From contig NZ_JAESVB010000029.1 in assembly GCF_020618775.1 (NCBI RefSeq), forward strand, positions 1 to 24,000: DNA of 24,000 bases, in the 5' to 3' direction. Shown piece after piece: positions 23,652-24,000 of this stretch. Under the pieces are notes generated by a model, which ran no database searches, was not told the origin of the DNA, and saw only the letters and a program-made list of their open reading frames with translations. This stretch comes from Acidisoma silvae (GTDB taxonomy: Bacteria > Pseudomonadota > Alphaproteobacteria > Acetobacterales > Acetobacteraceae). A program made the position numbers and the translations under genes. How positions within the stretch are numbered: position 1 is the first letter of the stretch; every line of letters begins with the position of its first letter.

Positions 23652-24000
23652 TCATTTTTGCTGGCTGGCCCAGTTGATGGTGGGGGAGGTGATCCTGATT
23701 GATTCCAAGTTCCACTTCTTCAGTGCCGCGTCATAGACGCCATTGCTCACCAGCGTTTTGACGGCTGCCAAAATAGCCGGCTGCATGCCTGAATTCTTCG
23801 CAATAGCCACGCCACCGGGGCTGTTGGAATGCAGCAGCGGACCCACGACGACGAATTGCCCGGCTGATGTCGCAGCAGCGGAGTCATTCGCAGGTGCGTC
23901 ATTCAGCACGCCATCAATCCGACCACTGCTCAGCGCGAGGACGGCGTTGGTCGTGCTGCTGAAAACGCTACCAGCCATCAGCGCATGGTCTGTTTCGCCG
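23652..24000 (-). CDS. ABC transporter substrate-binding protein, family 3 (amino-acid type), C-terminal part; the 5' end lies outside the window
   Basis: The frame is open to the window edge. ..AVLALSSGRIDGVLNDAPAN....GQFVVVGPLLHSNSPGGVAIAKNSGMQPAILAAVKTLVSNGVYDAALKKWNLE matches the C-terminal lobe pattern of polar amino-acid binding proteins (G.iDa...D, g.a..K......l..al..l..dG.y..i..KW). Confidence 0.75.
   Translation of the reverse strand, partial: GETDHALMAGSVFSSTTNAVLALSSGRIDGVLNDAPANDSAAATSAGQFVVVGPLLHSNSPGGVAIAKNSGMQPAILAAVKTLVSNGVYDAALKKWNLESIRITSPTINWASQQK

Noticed and set aside
1-24000. Search for tRNA, rRNA, CRISPR arrays, integrase/att sites and recognisable defence genes
   Set aside because: I saw no T-loop-like GGTTCGAATCC-type motifs with matching acceptor stems and no rRNA-like stretches. 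I also saw no regularly spaced short repeats, no tyrosine or serine recombinase, and no nuclease, helicase or methylase ORFs.

Overview
This is a high-GC, alphaproteobacterial-type segment, a guess based on a Ros/MucR-like fragment, IS1031-like 'GAG' IS ends and TAT-signal periplasmic proteins. It is heavily scarred by insertion sequences. At the left edge, the 5' part of an IS3-family orfA (minus strand) abuts a 39-bp IS5/IS1031-like terminal fragment (299-337). That 39-bp sequence recurs identically at 21891-21929, where it is the end of a 778-bp IS5-family copy with an internally deleted transposase. Four blocks lie between the two copies. (i) Degenerate DNA containing an ORF with only the N-terminal domain of a Ros/MucR regulator. 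(ii) A visibly lower-GC, AT-flanked five-gene archaic (Csu/SCPU-type) chaperone-usher pilus operon on the + strand (1467-6249). (iii) A minus-strand CUT1-type sugar/polyol ABC importer locus (14217 down to 6666) encoding an AraC regulator, two tandem MalK-like ATPases with degenerate motifs, and a Zn-dependent polyol dehydrogenase. (iv) Seven tightly packed minus-strand genes (20328 down to 14509): cytochrome b, Mo-oxidoreductase and PRC-barrel, then DUF2064, GT-C membrane glycosyltransferase, radical SAM/SPASM and GT2 with overlapping reading frames. This last four-gene module is the best candidate for an uncharacterised system. To the right are transporter-gene fragments split by the IS5 copy and truncated by a decayed IS3 element, further gene debris, and the 3' end of a family-3 solute-binding protein gene with a terminator. 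I saw no rRNA, tRNA or CRISPR array. All homology statements come from my reading of the translated ORFs; no database search was run.
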